Below are positions 1-9,005 of a stretch of 64,000 nucleotides of DNA, piece by piece. The position numbers were made by a program, and so were the translations under genes. The notes below the pieces were generated by a model. That model did not search any database and was not told the origin of the DNA. It worked only from the letters and a program-made list of their open reading frames with translations. Each line of letters begins with the position of its first letter. Positions within the stretch are counted from its first letter, which is position 1. Origin of the DNA: Candidatus Binataceae bacterium (lineage in GTDB: Bacteria > Desulfobacterota > Binatia > Binatales > Binataceae); the NCBI GenBank assembly GCA_035541875.1, contig DATKML010000025.1:149-64148 (forward strand), read 5' to 3'.

Positions 1-80
1 CCTCCCGAGCCCAACGCGATGGCCAGCCCTAGCGAAGCCAACCGCGCTGGGATCGAACGATAATCCCTTCCTATTCTCAT
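1..80 (-). CDS. N-terminal fragment of a probable exported protein (runs off the window edge)
   Basis: ATG at 80 preceded by purine-rich GGAAAGGAAGAGG; reads MRIGRDYRSIPARLASLGLAIALGSG with no stop, signal-peptide-like. Confidence 0.4.
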   Translation of the reverse strand, partial: MRIGRDYRSIPARLASLGLAIALGSG

Positions 81-280
81 GCCTCTTCCTTTCCCGGCGA
101 CTCACAGATCGTCCGGTTGCTTTTGCCAGAGCGGCAGACGCACTACTCCCGTTGCCGCGCCGACAATGCTTCAAGTTCTATGCCGCGCTGCCATACGTAA
201 ATCGTCGTAGTTGGCACGTCCGATTGCCCAATCAGCGAGCATTCGCTGATCATCTGCGCTTAATCTTTTGGCAACAGACC

Positions 281-312
281 AAAAAAGAAGAGGGTCCGTG
301 GGGACCCTCTTC
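281..312 (-). terminator. Intrinsic terminator after APC permease
   Basis: Stem GAAGAGGGTCC/GGACCCTCTTC with A6 run on + (U-tail on -), about 40 nt past the stop at 350. Confidence 0.8.
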
Positions 313-349
313 CGAAGTGCAATGCTGCACGTCATTGCTAAGTGAAAGG

Positions 350-2005
350 TTAAGCCGGTTTGGCGACGAGAATCGTATCCTTGCCTTTCTTTTTGGAGTT
401 GCGAGCGAAGTAGATCGCGCCGTAGACACCCCAGACCACCGAGAAGCCCAGTGCCAGAAGGGGTTCTTTCGCGCTACCCAGACCCTCGATCGGTCCGATG
501 ACATAGAAGGCGAGGCAGGCGAAGTTCGCGATCGCACCGAACACCGGAACTACCATGTGCTTGAAGCCGTGGAACTCGTGATGCTCCTTGAAAGCCACGA
601 TACAAATGATGTTCGTCAGGCCGTAGAGCACGAAGGTACCGAAGTTGGACAGCAGCGTTACCAGCAAGAGGCCGTTGGGCAAAGCCGAGAGGCTCGCATT
701 CGAACTCATCCCCAGCGCATACCAAACATTGTGGGGTAAGGTAGCGATCGTCTTGTCATCGGGAGCGACCGAGCCGCTGAAGAAGAACAGCGCGGCGAAA
801 GCTCCCAGCACTGCTGATATCGTTGCTAGCACCCAGATTGCGCGATGCGGTGTCAGATTATCGCCGTGCAGGAAGCCGAAGTGCTCCGGCACCTCTTCGT
901 CCCGGCCCATCGCATAGGTGACGCGCGCGCCGGTGTTGATACAGCTCAGCGTTGTACCAATCAGCGCCAGGAAGACCGTGAAGGCTTCGATCAGCATGAA
1001 GGCTTGGCCGTGACCACCGAGCAGCGTGTTGCCGACGATGACCATCATATCGCCGATCGGAGCAGCCGAACCCTTCGCATCGTTCAGGCTGTACGCGCTG
1101 TTCATAAAGTAGTTGGCCGCGAAGTACTCGATCAGGTAGCAGATAAGCCCCTGGATGGTCAGCGAGAGAAGAACGCCGCGCGGAATATCCTTCTTGGGGT
1201 TCTTGGCTTCTTCGCCCAGCGCGGTGACCGACTCGAAGCCGACGAGCAGCAGAATCGCGATCGTTGCCTGGAGCATCGTCCAGCTCATGTTGTGCGGTGC
1301 GATTACCGATAAGGCGTTCGGATGTGCGGGCGCATCGCCACTCAGCGAGTAGTGCAGGATCTTGCTGGTGCCATCGAGAGCCATGCCGGTCGAACCCTCG
1401 GGATGACCGAGCCGATAGGCGATCGCCAAAGCAGCAAAAAACAACAATGCGACGATCTGTATGACGTTGATGGCTAAGTTAACACCGGTCGAACCGTTCA
1501 CGCCCTGAAAGGCGATGTAAGCGATCAGGTAGGAGAAGACGATCGCGACCAACGCCATAAAGACCGGTCCGGGGATCGTCGCGTTCATCATGCTCGGGGC
1601 CAGCGTGCCGAAGATGTAGCCGACAAGGACTCCCATCGTCGCGACCATCACCCCGGGATAAACCCAGTAATACAGGTGCGACGACCAACCGATTACGAAC
1701 TTGGCGATTCGAGAAAAGCGATAGGCATTTGTCGTATTGAGGAACGCTTGCTCGGCGAAAAGATAGGAACTACCTGCTCCCGGATAGAGCTTCGCCAGTT
1801 CCGAATACGAGATCGCCGTCGCGTAAGCCAGCATCAGCGCGACAAAGATGCCTGCCCACATCGCCAGTCCCGATGGCGCGACATAACCAGCCTGGATGAC
1901 GAACGTGATCCAAAGAAACGCGCCGGGCGCTATCAGCGCCATCGCGTTAACGGTGACGCCGGTCAGCCCGAGCGTCGCTTTCATTTTTGGGGCTTCTTCA
2001 GCCAT
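350..2005 (-). CDS. APC family amino acid permease
   Basis: About 12-14 hydrophobic segments; motifs ELAKLYPGAGSSY, GFESVTALGEEAKNP, ARVTYAMGRD; start taken at MAEEAPK after AGGAGG. Confidence 0.9.
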   Translation of the reverse strand: MAEEAPKMKATLGLTGVTVNAMALIAPGAFLWITFVIQAGYVAPSGLAMWAGIFVALMLAYATAISYSELAKLYPGAGSSYLFAEQAFLNTTNAYRFSRIAKFVIGWSSHLYYWVYPGVMVATMGVLVGYIFGTLAPSMMNATIPGPVFMALVAIVFSYLIAYIAFQGVNGSTGVNLAINVIQIVALLFFAALAIAYRLGHPEGSTGMALDGTSKILHYSLSGDAPAHPNALSVIAPHNMSWTMLQATIAILLLVGFESVTALGEEAKNPKKDIPRGVLLSLTIQGLICYLIEYFAANYFMNSAYSLNDAKGSAAPIGDMMVIVGNTLLGGHGQAFMLIEAFTVFLALIGTTLSCINTGARVTYAMGRDEEVPEHFGFLHGDNLTPHRAIWVLATISAVLGAFAALFFFSGSVAPDDKTIATLPHNVWYALGMSSNASLSALPNGLLLVTLLSNFGTFVLYGLTNIICIVAFKEHHEFHGFKHMVVPVFGAIANFACLAFYVIGPIEGLGSAKEPLLALGFSVVWGVYGAIYFARNSKKKGKDTILVAKPA

Positions 2006-2058
2006 TTTTCCTCCTGCCGGTCGTGTTGGGGGGTGAGACACGAGCCGCAGGGCCGAAT

Positions 2059-2074
2059 TGCAAGCCAAATGCCA
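2059..2074 (-). promoter_or_regulatory. Putative sigma-54 (-24/-12) promoter of the permease
   Basis: Minus strand TGGCATTTGGCTTGCA: GG and GC separated by exactly 10 nt, about 55 nt upstream of the start. Confidence 0.6.
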
Positions 2075-2417
2075 TCAAAAATGCAGCCTGTAGAGAGCCG
2101 TTCGACGTATTGGCTGCTTGCCGCGTAGACATCCGCCTAAAGTTTGACCACCCATTTACGTATCGATCGGACGGGGTGGCTGACCGGGTGGCTTTAGCGA
2201 CAGTTTGCATATGAAGCCGCCACTAACCATCTGTTTGAGCTAATTTACCTCGCTAGCAGCGTCCGGAATCACTCTCTCTGGAAAGTCCCGAAATTGCTTC
2301 GAGACCCTTTCGGTTTGATTGGCCGAAGTTGCGCGAGAAGTGCTATACGAAGCTGCGAGCAAGGGCCAAACCGGCCCGCTTCCTTTCAATTATCGAAGCG
2401 CCACGGGAGGTGCATTC

Positions 2418-3329
2418 ATGGCTGCACGGCTGACTAAAGATCAGGTCAACGGGATTTTCGAGCAGATCAGTAACTGGGGTAAGTGGGGTAAGGACGATCA
2501 GCGCGGCGCGCTCAATTACATCACTAGCGAGAAACGCGCCTCGGCAGCGAAATACGCAAAGGCGGGCGAAGCGGTTTCATGCGCTCAGCCGCTCGCGACC
2601 AAGCCGGGTCCGGACGTAACGCAGCCGGTCCAGCACATGATGCTCCACGTCGGTGCACCGGTTGCTGCGCTCGATTATTTCGGGATCGCGTCGCACGGCT
2701 TTGCGATTACCCATCTCGATGCGCTCTGCCACGTCTTCTGGCAGGGCAAAATGTATAACGGTTACGCTGCCCGCGAAGTTACTCCTGCTGGCGCGCGCAA
2801 GTGCGCAATCGACGTGACCCGCGACGGTATCGTCAGCAAGGGCGTGCTGCTCGATATCCCCAAACTCAAGAAGGTCGACTTTCTCGAACCGGGCGACGCT
2901 ATCTATCCGGAAGTTCTCGATGCGGCCGAGAAGGCTCACGGCGCTCGCGTCGAAGAAGGCGATATCCTGCTGATTCGCACGGGGCGTCATCTGCGCGCCA
3001 AGGTGAAGGGTGCATGGGCCGCGCGGCGCGAAGGTCTCGCGGGTCTCGATGCGGCCTGCTTGCCGTGGCTCCACGAGCGCAAGATCGCGCTGCTGGGATG
3101 TGACGGCGTGAGCGATTGCACGCCGAGTCACTACGCTCCTGAGCACGAGATGCCGGTGCATGTTGGCACGCTCGTGATGATGGGAGTGCATCTGCTCGAC
3201 AACGCCGATCTCGAAGCGCTCTCGACGGCGTGCGCGAAGCATAATCGCTACGAATTTCTTTTCACGATGGCGCCGCTCATCCTTGAGCGCGGCACGGCAT
3301 CGCCGGTAAATCCGATCGCACTACTCTAG
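2418..3329 (+). CDS. Cyclase family (kynurenine formamidase-like) metal hydrolase, copy 1
   Basis: NWGKWGKDDQRGALN, THLDALCH, GDILLIRTG, SPVNPIA motifs; GGAGG before ATG 2418. Confidence 0.88.
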   Translation: MAARLTKDQVNGIFEQISNWGKWGKDDQRGALNYITSEKRASAAKYAKAGEAVSCAQPLATKPGPDVTQPVQHMMLHVGAPVAALDYFGIASHGFAITHLDALCHVFWQGKMYNGYAAREVTPAGARKCAIDVTRDGIVSKGVLLDIPKLKKVDFLEPGDAIYPEVLDAAEKAHGARVEEGDILLIRTGRHLRAKVKGAWAARREGLAGLDAACLPWLHERKIALLGCDGVSDCTPSHYAPEHEMPVHVGTLVMMGVHLLDNADLEALSTACAKHNRYEFLFTMAPLILERGTASPVNPIALL

Positions 3330-3330
3330 A

Positions 3331-3377
3331 GTCATCCTGAGCCGGCGAGCGGAAACGCGAGCCGTGTCGAAGGATCT
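3331..3377 (+). repeat. TGTC-tagged REP-like unit
   Basis: GTCATCCTGAGC-internal hairpin-GTCGAAGGATCT, same ends as the other copies in the window. Confidence 0.7.
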
Positions 3378-3417
3378 GCGCGAAGCGATTCAAACAACTG
3401 CTGAAAGGACGACGATA

Positions 3418-4344
3418 ATGGCCAAACCAACCGAAGCCGAACTTAAAGGGCTTTTCGAAAAGTGCAGCAACTGGGGTAAGTGGGGCAAGGACGATGAGCG
3501 CGGCGCCCTGAATTACATCACGGCGAAGAAGCGGGCCGCCGCCGCGAAGCTGGTCCAGACTGGCGAGGCAGTGTCGCTCGCCCTGCCCCTCGCAACGATC
3601 CCTGCGCCCGACAATCCGACGCCGGTTATGCATCTGGTGCAGCAGGCCGGCTATGATTCGCACGATCTGCCGCTGCTGCCTTACGCGGCTGACTACTTTG
3701 CGATCGCGCCGCACGGCGTCGCGAATACCCATCTTGATGCGCTCTGCCACGTCTTTTATCAGGGCAAGATGTACAACGGTTACGACGCGAGCGAGGTTGG
3801 ATCGCAGGGCGCGAAGAAGTGCGCCATCGACGTGACGAGCGGTGGCATCATCAGCCGCGGCGTGTTGCTCGATATCCCCAAGCTCAAGAAGGTCGATTGG
3901 CTCGAAAACAGCACGCCTATTTCATCGAGCGATCTCGAAGCTGCCGAGAAGAATCACGGACTCAAAGTCGAGGAAGGCGATGTTCTTTTGATTCGCACCG
4001 GTCGTGCGAAGCTGCGCAAGGCCAAAGGCGGATGGGATGCGCTGCACGAAGGGATGGCCGGACTCGATACGACCTGCCTCTCATGGCTGCACGAGCGAAA
4101 GATCGCGGTGCTTGGTTCCGATGGTATCAGTGACGTGGTGCCGAGCGGCTACACCAGTCAGGCGTTGCCGATTCACGTATGCACGCTCGTGATGATGGGG
4201 GTCCACCTGATCGATAACGCCGATCTCGATGCGCTCTCTGAGGCCTGCGCGCGAAACAAGCGTTACGAGTTCCAGTTTGTGATGGCCCCGCTGATCCTGA
4301 ATCGTGGTACGGCGTCGCCGGTGAATCCGATCGCGCTGTTCTAG
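3418..4344 (+). CDS. Cyclase family metal hydrolase, copy 2 (tandem paralog)
   Basis: Same motifs as copy 1 (NWGKWGKDDERGALN, THLDALCH, SPVNPIA). Confidence 0.88.
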   Translation: MAKPTEAELKGLFEKCSNWGKWGKDDERGALNYITAKKRAAAAKLVQTGEAVSLALPLATIPAPDNPTPVMHLVQQAGYDSHDLPLLPYAADYFAIAPHGVANTHLDALCHVFYQGKMYNGYDASEVGSQGAKKCAIDVTSGGIISRGVLLDIPKLKKVDWLENSTPISSSDLEAAEKNHGLKVEEGDVLLIRTGRAKLRKAKGGWDALHEGMAGLDTTCLSWLHERKIAVLGSDGISDVVPSGYTSQALPIHVCTLVMMGVHLIDNADLDALSEACARNKRYEFQFVMAPLILNRGTASPVNPIALF

Positions 4345-4414
4345 TAAAAGTACAGTTAAAGTTGGACGATTCGTATACTCTATCGGCACCAGTCTTGATG
4401 TCGGAGGAGGGTGT

Positions 4415-4894
4415 ATGAACTTCAAGGTAATTGCTTCCGCGACGACGACTCTCGTTTTGCTGGGCTTCGTCGTCCTCTCGTCAGCCAAGGCTCAGGTCGG
4501 AGCGGCCCCGCCACCGCCCAATAAGCATCACGGCGAGGTGTGGGAGTGGTATCAGGGTGAAAAGGGTCATTGGCGCCAGGACAAGCACAATGGTGAGTGG
4601 CATTGGTTCGGCGCCAAGGAACATGGGGAGCATCACGAGCACGAAGAGACCGCTCAGGAGAACGGCCCATGGGAGTGGTATCAGGGTCACAAGGGTCACT
4701 GGCAGAAAGAGCACGGTGGATGGTCCTTCCACACGCCTGAGCTGGTCTGTAACAACGCGGGTAAGAACTGTCGCAGCGGTGGCGTTATCCCTCCCAATGG
4801 CGAGGGGATGGTGAGTGCGAAGAACCCGAAATGGTTCTGGCACTGCGATGAGGACGGCCATCATTGCGACTGGGCGAAACGCCCCGGGATGTAA
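4415..4894 (+). CDS. Secreted His/Trp-rich repeat protein of unknown function
   Basis: GGAGG SD; signal peptide; two WEWYQGxKGHW repeats; 4 C-terminal Cys. Confidence 0.75.
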   Translation: MNFKVIASATTTLVLLGFVVLSSAKAQVGAAPPPPNKHHGEVWEWYQGEKGHWRQDKHNGEWHWFGAKEHGEHHEHEETAQENGPWEWYQGHKGHWQKEHGGWSFHTPELVCNNAGKNCRSGGVIPPNGEGMVSAKNPKWFWHCDEDGHHCDWAKRPGM

Positions 4895-4928
4895 TCCGAT
4901 ACTGATTGAGACCTAAACGGAGAGCGCG

Positions 4929-6128
4929 ATGGCAAATGCTGACGCAAAGGTAATCGACGCTGACGGACATATTCTCGAGCCGCCGGATCTCTGGGAGAAA
5001 TACCTCGAGGCCAAGTATCGTCCCGACGCGATCCGCTTACCTATCGGCGACGACGGGTACGAGTACCTCGAAGTCGCCGGCCATCGCGCGAAAACCGTTG
5101 CGCAGGGACAACTCGGTTCACTCGGCGGGATGGGCAAACAGGTCGAGGAGGCCACCCGCCGCCGCGAGCAGGCCGTCAACGCGGGCAAGGCCGAGTCGCT
5201 GCGCTATGCTAAGCCCAAGCCTGAAGATACTTATCTGCGCGGCGCGGCCTTCGGCACGATGGGTATGAAGGAGCGGATCGAACTGCTTGATCGCGAGCAG
5301 ATGGCGACCTCGATTCTCTATCCGACCCTCGGTCTGTTGTGGGAGGCGGAGACCGATAATGTCGAACTCTCCTCGGCCTACGCCCGCGCCTACAACCGAT
5401 GGATCGCGGATTTCTGCCGCGATTCGGGCGGACGGCTGATCCCGATCGCGCATATCTCCCTTGGCGATCCGGATGAGGCGGCGCGGGAACTGGAGCGAGC
5501 GGTCAAAGACGGATGCCGCGGAGCCTTCGTCGCACCGTTCACGATCTCAAAGCGTCCGCACGGCGATTCGGCGCACGATCGTTTCTTCGCAGTCGCACAG
5601 GATTGCAACGTTCCCGTCGCGATCCATCCGACGACTGAACCCGCCGCGCTTGGTATCCATCATCGCGACAACGGTTTCGGCTGGGCCGCCTGGTACTACG
5701 ACATGTTCGCAGGCCAGCCGGTGCAGCATGCCTTTGCGACCTTCTTTCAGCTCGGCGTCTTCGATCGTTTTCCCAAGTTGAAGGTAGTCGTGCTCGAAGC
5801 GGGAGCCGGATGGATCGGCTATTTCCTCGATCGCGCCGATGCGATCTTTACCGGCACGCCGATCGCGCAGACGGTGCGGCTCAAGGAGAAGCCATCCTAC
5901 TACTTCAAGGAGCGATGCTACATTTCGGCCGATCCCGACGAGCGCACGATCGCGGGCCTGATGACCCATGTGGGTGAGGACAAGTTTTTCTGGGCGAGTG
6001 ACTATCCCCATCCGGACCATCCGGGGAACTACCTCGAAGAGTTACAGGGACTGGTCGCTCCGATGACCGAATCCGGCCGCAGAGGGATTCTCGGGGCCAA
6101 CGTCGCAAAGGCTTACGGGTTGAGCTGA
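4929..6128 (+). CDS. Amidohydrolase family 2 protein
   Basis: IDADGHILEP, VAIHP, VVLEAGAGW, WASDYPHPD motifs. Confidence 0.88.
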   Translation: MANADAKVIDADGHILEPPDLWEKYLEAKYRPDAIRLPIGDDGYEYLEVAGHRAKTVAQGQLGSLGGMGKQVEEATRRREQAVNAGKAESLRYAKPKPEDTYLRGAAFGTMGMKERIELLDREQMATSILYPTLGLLWEAETDNVELSSAYARAYNRWIADFCRDSGGRLIPIAHISLGDPDEAARELERAVKDGCRGAFVAPFTISKRPHGDSAHDRFFAVAQDCNVPVAIHPTTEPAALGIHHRDNGFGWAAWYYDMFAGQPVQHAFATFFQLGVFDRFPKLKVVVLEAGAGWIGYFLDRADAIFTGTPIAQTVRLKEKPSYYFKERCYISADPDERTIAGLMTHVGEDKFFWASDYPHPDHPGNYLEELQGLVAPMTESGRRGILGANVAKAYGLS

Positions 6129-6144
6129 CAGCCAGAGATAATTC

Positions 6145-6189
6145 TGTCATTCGGAGACGAGTCCCCGAGCCGAAGAATCTCGCGGCTTC
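6145..6189 (+). repeat. Left inverted repeat (TGTC-tagged REP-like unit)
   Basis: TGTCATTCGGAGACGAGTCCCCGAGCCGAAGAATCTCGCGGCTTC. Confidence 0.85.
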
Positions 6190-6223
6190 CTCAGGCCGCT
6201 ATACGGACGTTCCACGGCCTTGC

Positions 6224-6507
6224 TCAGGTCCGTTCGTCGGTCAGATCGCGCCACTCGGGATTAATGCTTTCTATCAAACGAATCTTGGCGCCCGCGACAT
6301 CCCCTTGATCTGTTTCCCGCGGGCATTGCATCGCGGATATCTGAGAACTGTTCGAAATAGACTAACTGCTTCAGACTATATCGCGCAGTGAAGCCGCTGG
6401 GTCGGCCCGCTTTATGTTCACTCACTCTCCGCTCCGGATCATTGGTCACAGGGTCCAGGCAGGATTACTCATCATGTACACGTAGTAGAGGGCTCCCGAG
6501 AGCTCAT
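6224..6507 (-). pseudogene. Frameshifted small GIY-YIG nuclease (YhbQ-like)
   Basis: Fragments in different frames: YYVYMMSNPAWTL / VTNDPERRVSEHKAGRPSGFTARYSLKQLVYFEQFSDIRDA / ARGKQIKG / KIRLIESINPEWRDL; the YIG codons are deleted. Confidence 0.8.
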
Positions 6508-6576
6508 GGTTTGCTATGCCATGGCTGACTGAGTGCGAGAAAGCAAAGCAGTGGAACAGATCGACTGTGGCTCAAA

Positions 6577-6621
6577 GAAGCCGCGAGATTCTTCGGCTCG
6601 CCGACTCGCCTCTGAATGACA
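6577..6621 (-). repeat. Right inverted repeat (TGTC-tagged REP-like unit)
   Basis: Reverse complement reads TGTCATTCAGAGGCGAGTCGGCGAGCCGAAGAATCTCGCGGCTTC. Confidence 0.85.
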
Positions 6622-6636
6622 GATATGGTGCTAGGC

Positions 6637-7179
6637 TTAACTCTTCGCGACGGTTACCGGAACCTCGAAATGCAGCGACTGGGGCATCTTGCACATATTG
6701 TCGTTGCACTCCTGGAATTCGATCGTGCCGGATAGTTTGTAATCGCCCGGCCCGACGCTCGGCTTGAGTGCCACTTTGCCGGTCGCATCGAACTTACCCG
6801 TGTAGACCGGATAGGTCTCGCCCAGCGACTCGAACTTGAGCGGCGTCGGTTTCGGCATCGTCACCGCCTGATTCTGCAGTAGCTGATCGTCGAATTTGAC
6901 CTTGGTAGTGGTGAACTCGGTCGGCAGCGGCTCGCCGTAGATATGCCATCCCAGAGCGACATCGAAGGATACAGTTACACCGACCTGACCGCCGGGCTTG
7001 GTCTTCGAGCCCGAGAGCGCGACCTTGGCGGTTACGTCATCGCCCTTAACGACTACCGAGGGCGCATCGTCGGCGCGAACTATCGAGGGGAGGAGTGACG
7101 CTCCAGTTAGGACCGCGGCGAAGAGCAGAGTCCCTGAGTTCCTGTACTTACGCATCGGCAATCGTGTCGTCCTCATCAT
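6637..7179 (-). CDS. Stand-alone secreted DsbD N-terminal (alpha) domain protein
   Basis: Signal peptide, GWHIYG motif, C-terminal QECNDNMCKMP; GAGAGGT SD before 7179. Confidence 0.78.
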   Translation of the reverse strand: MMRTTRLPMRKYRNSGTLLFAAVLTGASLLPSIVRADDAPSVVVKGDDVTAKVALSGSKTKPGGQVGVTVSFDVALGWHIYGEPLPTEFTTTKVKFDDQLLQNQAVTMPKPTPLKFESLGETYPVYTGKFDATGKVALKPSVGPGDYKLSGTIEFQECNDNMCKMPQSLHFEVPVTVAKS

Positions 7180-7260
7180 CGAAACCGCACCTCTCATCTT
7201 CCACAATTCCTTCGCGGCTCACCTGCGTCAATCACCTTAGGAATCTGTCTCCCTCTAGAT

Positions 7261-7320
7261 CCCTCTCCCCGATGGGAGAGGGTGGAGCGACAGGCCGCAG
7301 GCCAGTCGCGAGGGTGCGGG
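7261..7320 (+). repeat. CCCTCTCCC/GGGAGAGGG-type palindromic repeat, left copy
   Basis: Imperfect inverted partner at 7489-7549; internal hairpin CCCTCTCCC-CGAT-GGGAGAGGG. Confidence 0.65.
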
Positions 7321-7340
7321 TCGTGAGCCATCAGACTTCG

Positions 7341-7376
7341 GGATTCTTCGCGGGGCAGCCACGCGCGAGAATGACA
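7341..7376 (-). repeat. TGTC-tagged REP-like unit nested between the CCCTCTCCC repeats
   Basis: Reverse complement TGTCATTCTCGCGCGTGGCTGCCCCGCGAAGAATCC. Confidence 0.65.
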
Positions 7377-7488
7377 TATTATCGATTCGCAGGATTTTTG
7401 AGGCCGGGGAGAAGGATCTTAGGAGGAGGCCAGAATCGCCGAACACTTTACGAGGACGGTCTGTGTCGGATAATCCTTTAGCATTCGA

Positions 7489-7549
7489 CCCTCACCCGCG
7501 TGTTCGGCGCAAGGCGCCCAACGCTTCGCCCTCTCCCATCGGGAGCGGG
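7489..7549 (-). repeat. CCCTCTCCC-type palindromic repeat, right copy
   Basis: CCCTCACCCG...CCCTCTCCCATCGGGAGCGGG, inverted relative to 7261-7320. Confidence 0.65.
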
Positions 7550-7589
7550 ATCTCAGATAGTGAGGAGATCGGGAGGCATTTTCCTTGAC

Positions 7590-8999
7590 ATGGCGGCGCA
7601 GACGCTTTTTCAAAAAATCTGGGACGGACATATCGTCCATGAAACGCCGGGACAACCGGCGCTCCTCTACATCGATTTGCATCTGGTGCACGAGGTGACT
7701 TCGCCGGTGGCCTTCGAGGGTCTGGCAAAGGCCGGACGCAAGGTCCGCCGCACCGATCGCACCTTCGCTACGCAGGACCATAACGTTCCGACCACCGACC
7801 GGTCGGTTCCGATTAGCAATGCCGAGTCCCGGACGCAGATCGAGATGATGCGGAAGAATTGCCGCGATTTCGGGGTGAAGCTTTTCGACCTCGGCGACCC
7901 CGAACAGGGTGTCGTTCACGTCATCGGTCCTGAGCTCGGTCTGACCCAGCCCGGGATGACGATCGTCTGTGGCGATAGCCATACGGCAACCCACGGCGCT
8001 TTTGGCTCGTTGGCCTTTGGTATCGGCACCAGCGAAGTCGAGCACGTGCTCGCGACGCAATGTCTCTGGCAGGCTAAGCCTAAGACGATGGAAATACGGG
8101 TCGACGGCAAGCTCGGGCTGGGCGTCGGCGCGAAGGACATTATCCTCGGGATTATCGGCAAGATTACGACCGATGGCGGCACCGGCTATGTGATCGAATA
8201 TAGCGGCTCGACGATCGAAGCGCTCACGATGGAAGAGCGGATGACCGTCAGCAATATGTCGATCGAGGGTGGGGCGCGCGCCGGCATGATCGCGGCGGAC
8301 CAGAAGACGATCGATTACCTGCGCGGACGTCGCTACGCGCCGTCGGGCAAGGACTTCGACAAAGCTGCCGAGAAGTGGCTCACCTATCGCACTGATGAGG
8401 GAGCCAAATTTGATCAGTCGATCAGCTTTAAAGCCGAAGATCTCGCTCCGCAGGTGACCTGGGGGACAAACCCCGGGATGGTGACTTCGGTGACCTCGAA
8501 GGTCCCCGATCCATCGAGCTTCCCCGATGCGACCCAGCGTCGCGCGGCCGAACTCGCGCTCGAATACATGGCCCTGCAGCCGGGAACGGCGATTCAGGAT
8601 ATCCCGATCGATTACGTTTTTATCGGCTCCTGCACCAATGGCCGGCTGTCGGATCTGCAGCAAGCTGCCGAGGTCGTGAAGGGGCGCAAGGTAGCGCCGC
8701 GCGTGACAGCGCTTGTAGTGCCGGGATCGCAGCAGGTGAAGGCCGAGGCCGAGAAGCTCGGGCTCGACAAGATTTTCACGCAGGCGGGCTTCGAATGGCG
8801 GGAATCCGGATGCAGTATGTGCCTCGGGATGAACCCCGATATCCTGCAGCCGGGCCAGCGATGCGCCAGCACGTCGAATCGTAACTTCGAGGGACGGCAG
8901 GGCAAGGGCGGCCGGACTCATCTGGTGAGCCCGATCATGGCCGCCGCAGCTGCGGTTGCGGGCCACTTCGTGGATTCGCGGGAATTAGCGAACAGGTAG
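7590..8999 (+). CDS. leuC: 3-isopropylmalate dehydratase large subunit
   Basis: [56 protein letters not shown]. Confidence 0.97.
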   Translation: MAAQTLFQKIWDGHIVHETPGQPALLYIDLHLVHEVTSPVAFEGLAKAGRKVRRTDRTFATQDHNVPTTDRSVPISNAESRTQIEMMRKNCRDFGVKLFDLGDPEQGVVHVIGPELGLTQPGMTIVCGDSHTATHGAFGSLAFGIGTSEVEHVLATQCLWQAKPKTMEIRVDGKLGLGVGAKDIILGIIGKITTDGGTGYVIEYSGSTIEALTMEERMTVSNMSIEGGARAGMIAADQKTIDYLRGRRYAPSGKDFDKAAEKWLTYRTDEGAKFDQSISFKAEDLAPQVTWGTNPGMVTSVTSKVPDPSSFPDATQRRAAELALEYMALQPGTAIQDIPIDYVFIGSCTNGRLSDLQQAAEVVKGRKVAPRVTALVVPGSQQVKAEAEKLGLDKIFTQAGFEWRESGCSMCLGMNPDILQPGQRCASTSNRNFEGRQGKGGRTHLVSPIMAAAAAVAGHFVDSRELANR

Positions 9000-9005
9000 T
9001 TTGCG

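Larger units (their letters stand above)
6145..6621. mobile_element. Putative decayed element: GIY-YIG nuclease relic between 45-bp terminal inverted repeats
   Basis: 6145-6189 and the reverse complement of 6577-6621 match at 41/45 nt and enclose the nuclease relic. Confidence 0.65.

Noticed and set aside
6516-6767. 83-aa ORF across the right inverted repeat
   Set aside because: Reads through repeat DNA and antisense into the DsbD-alpha gene; probably spurious
7419-8966. 515-aa antisense ORF
   Set aside because: Mirror of leuC produced by high-GC codon bias
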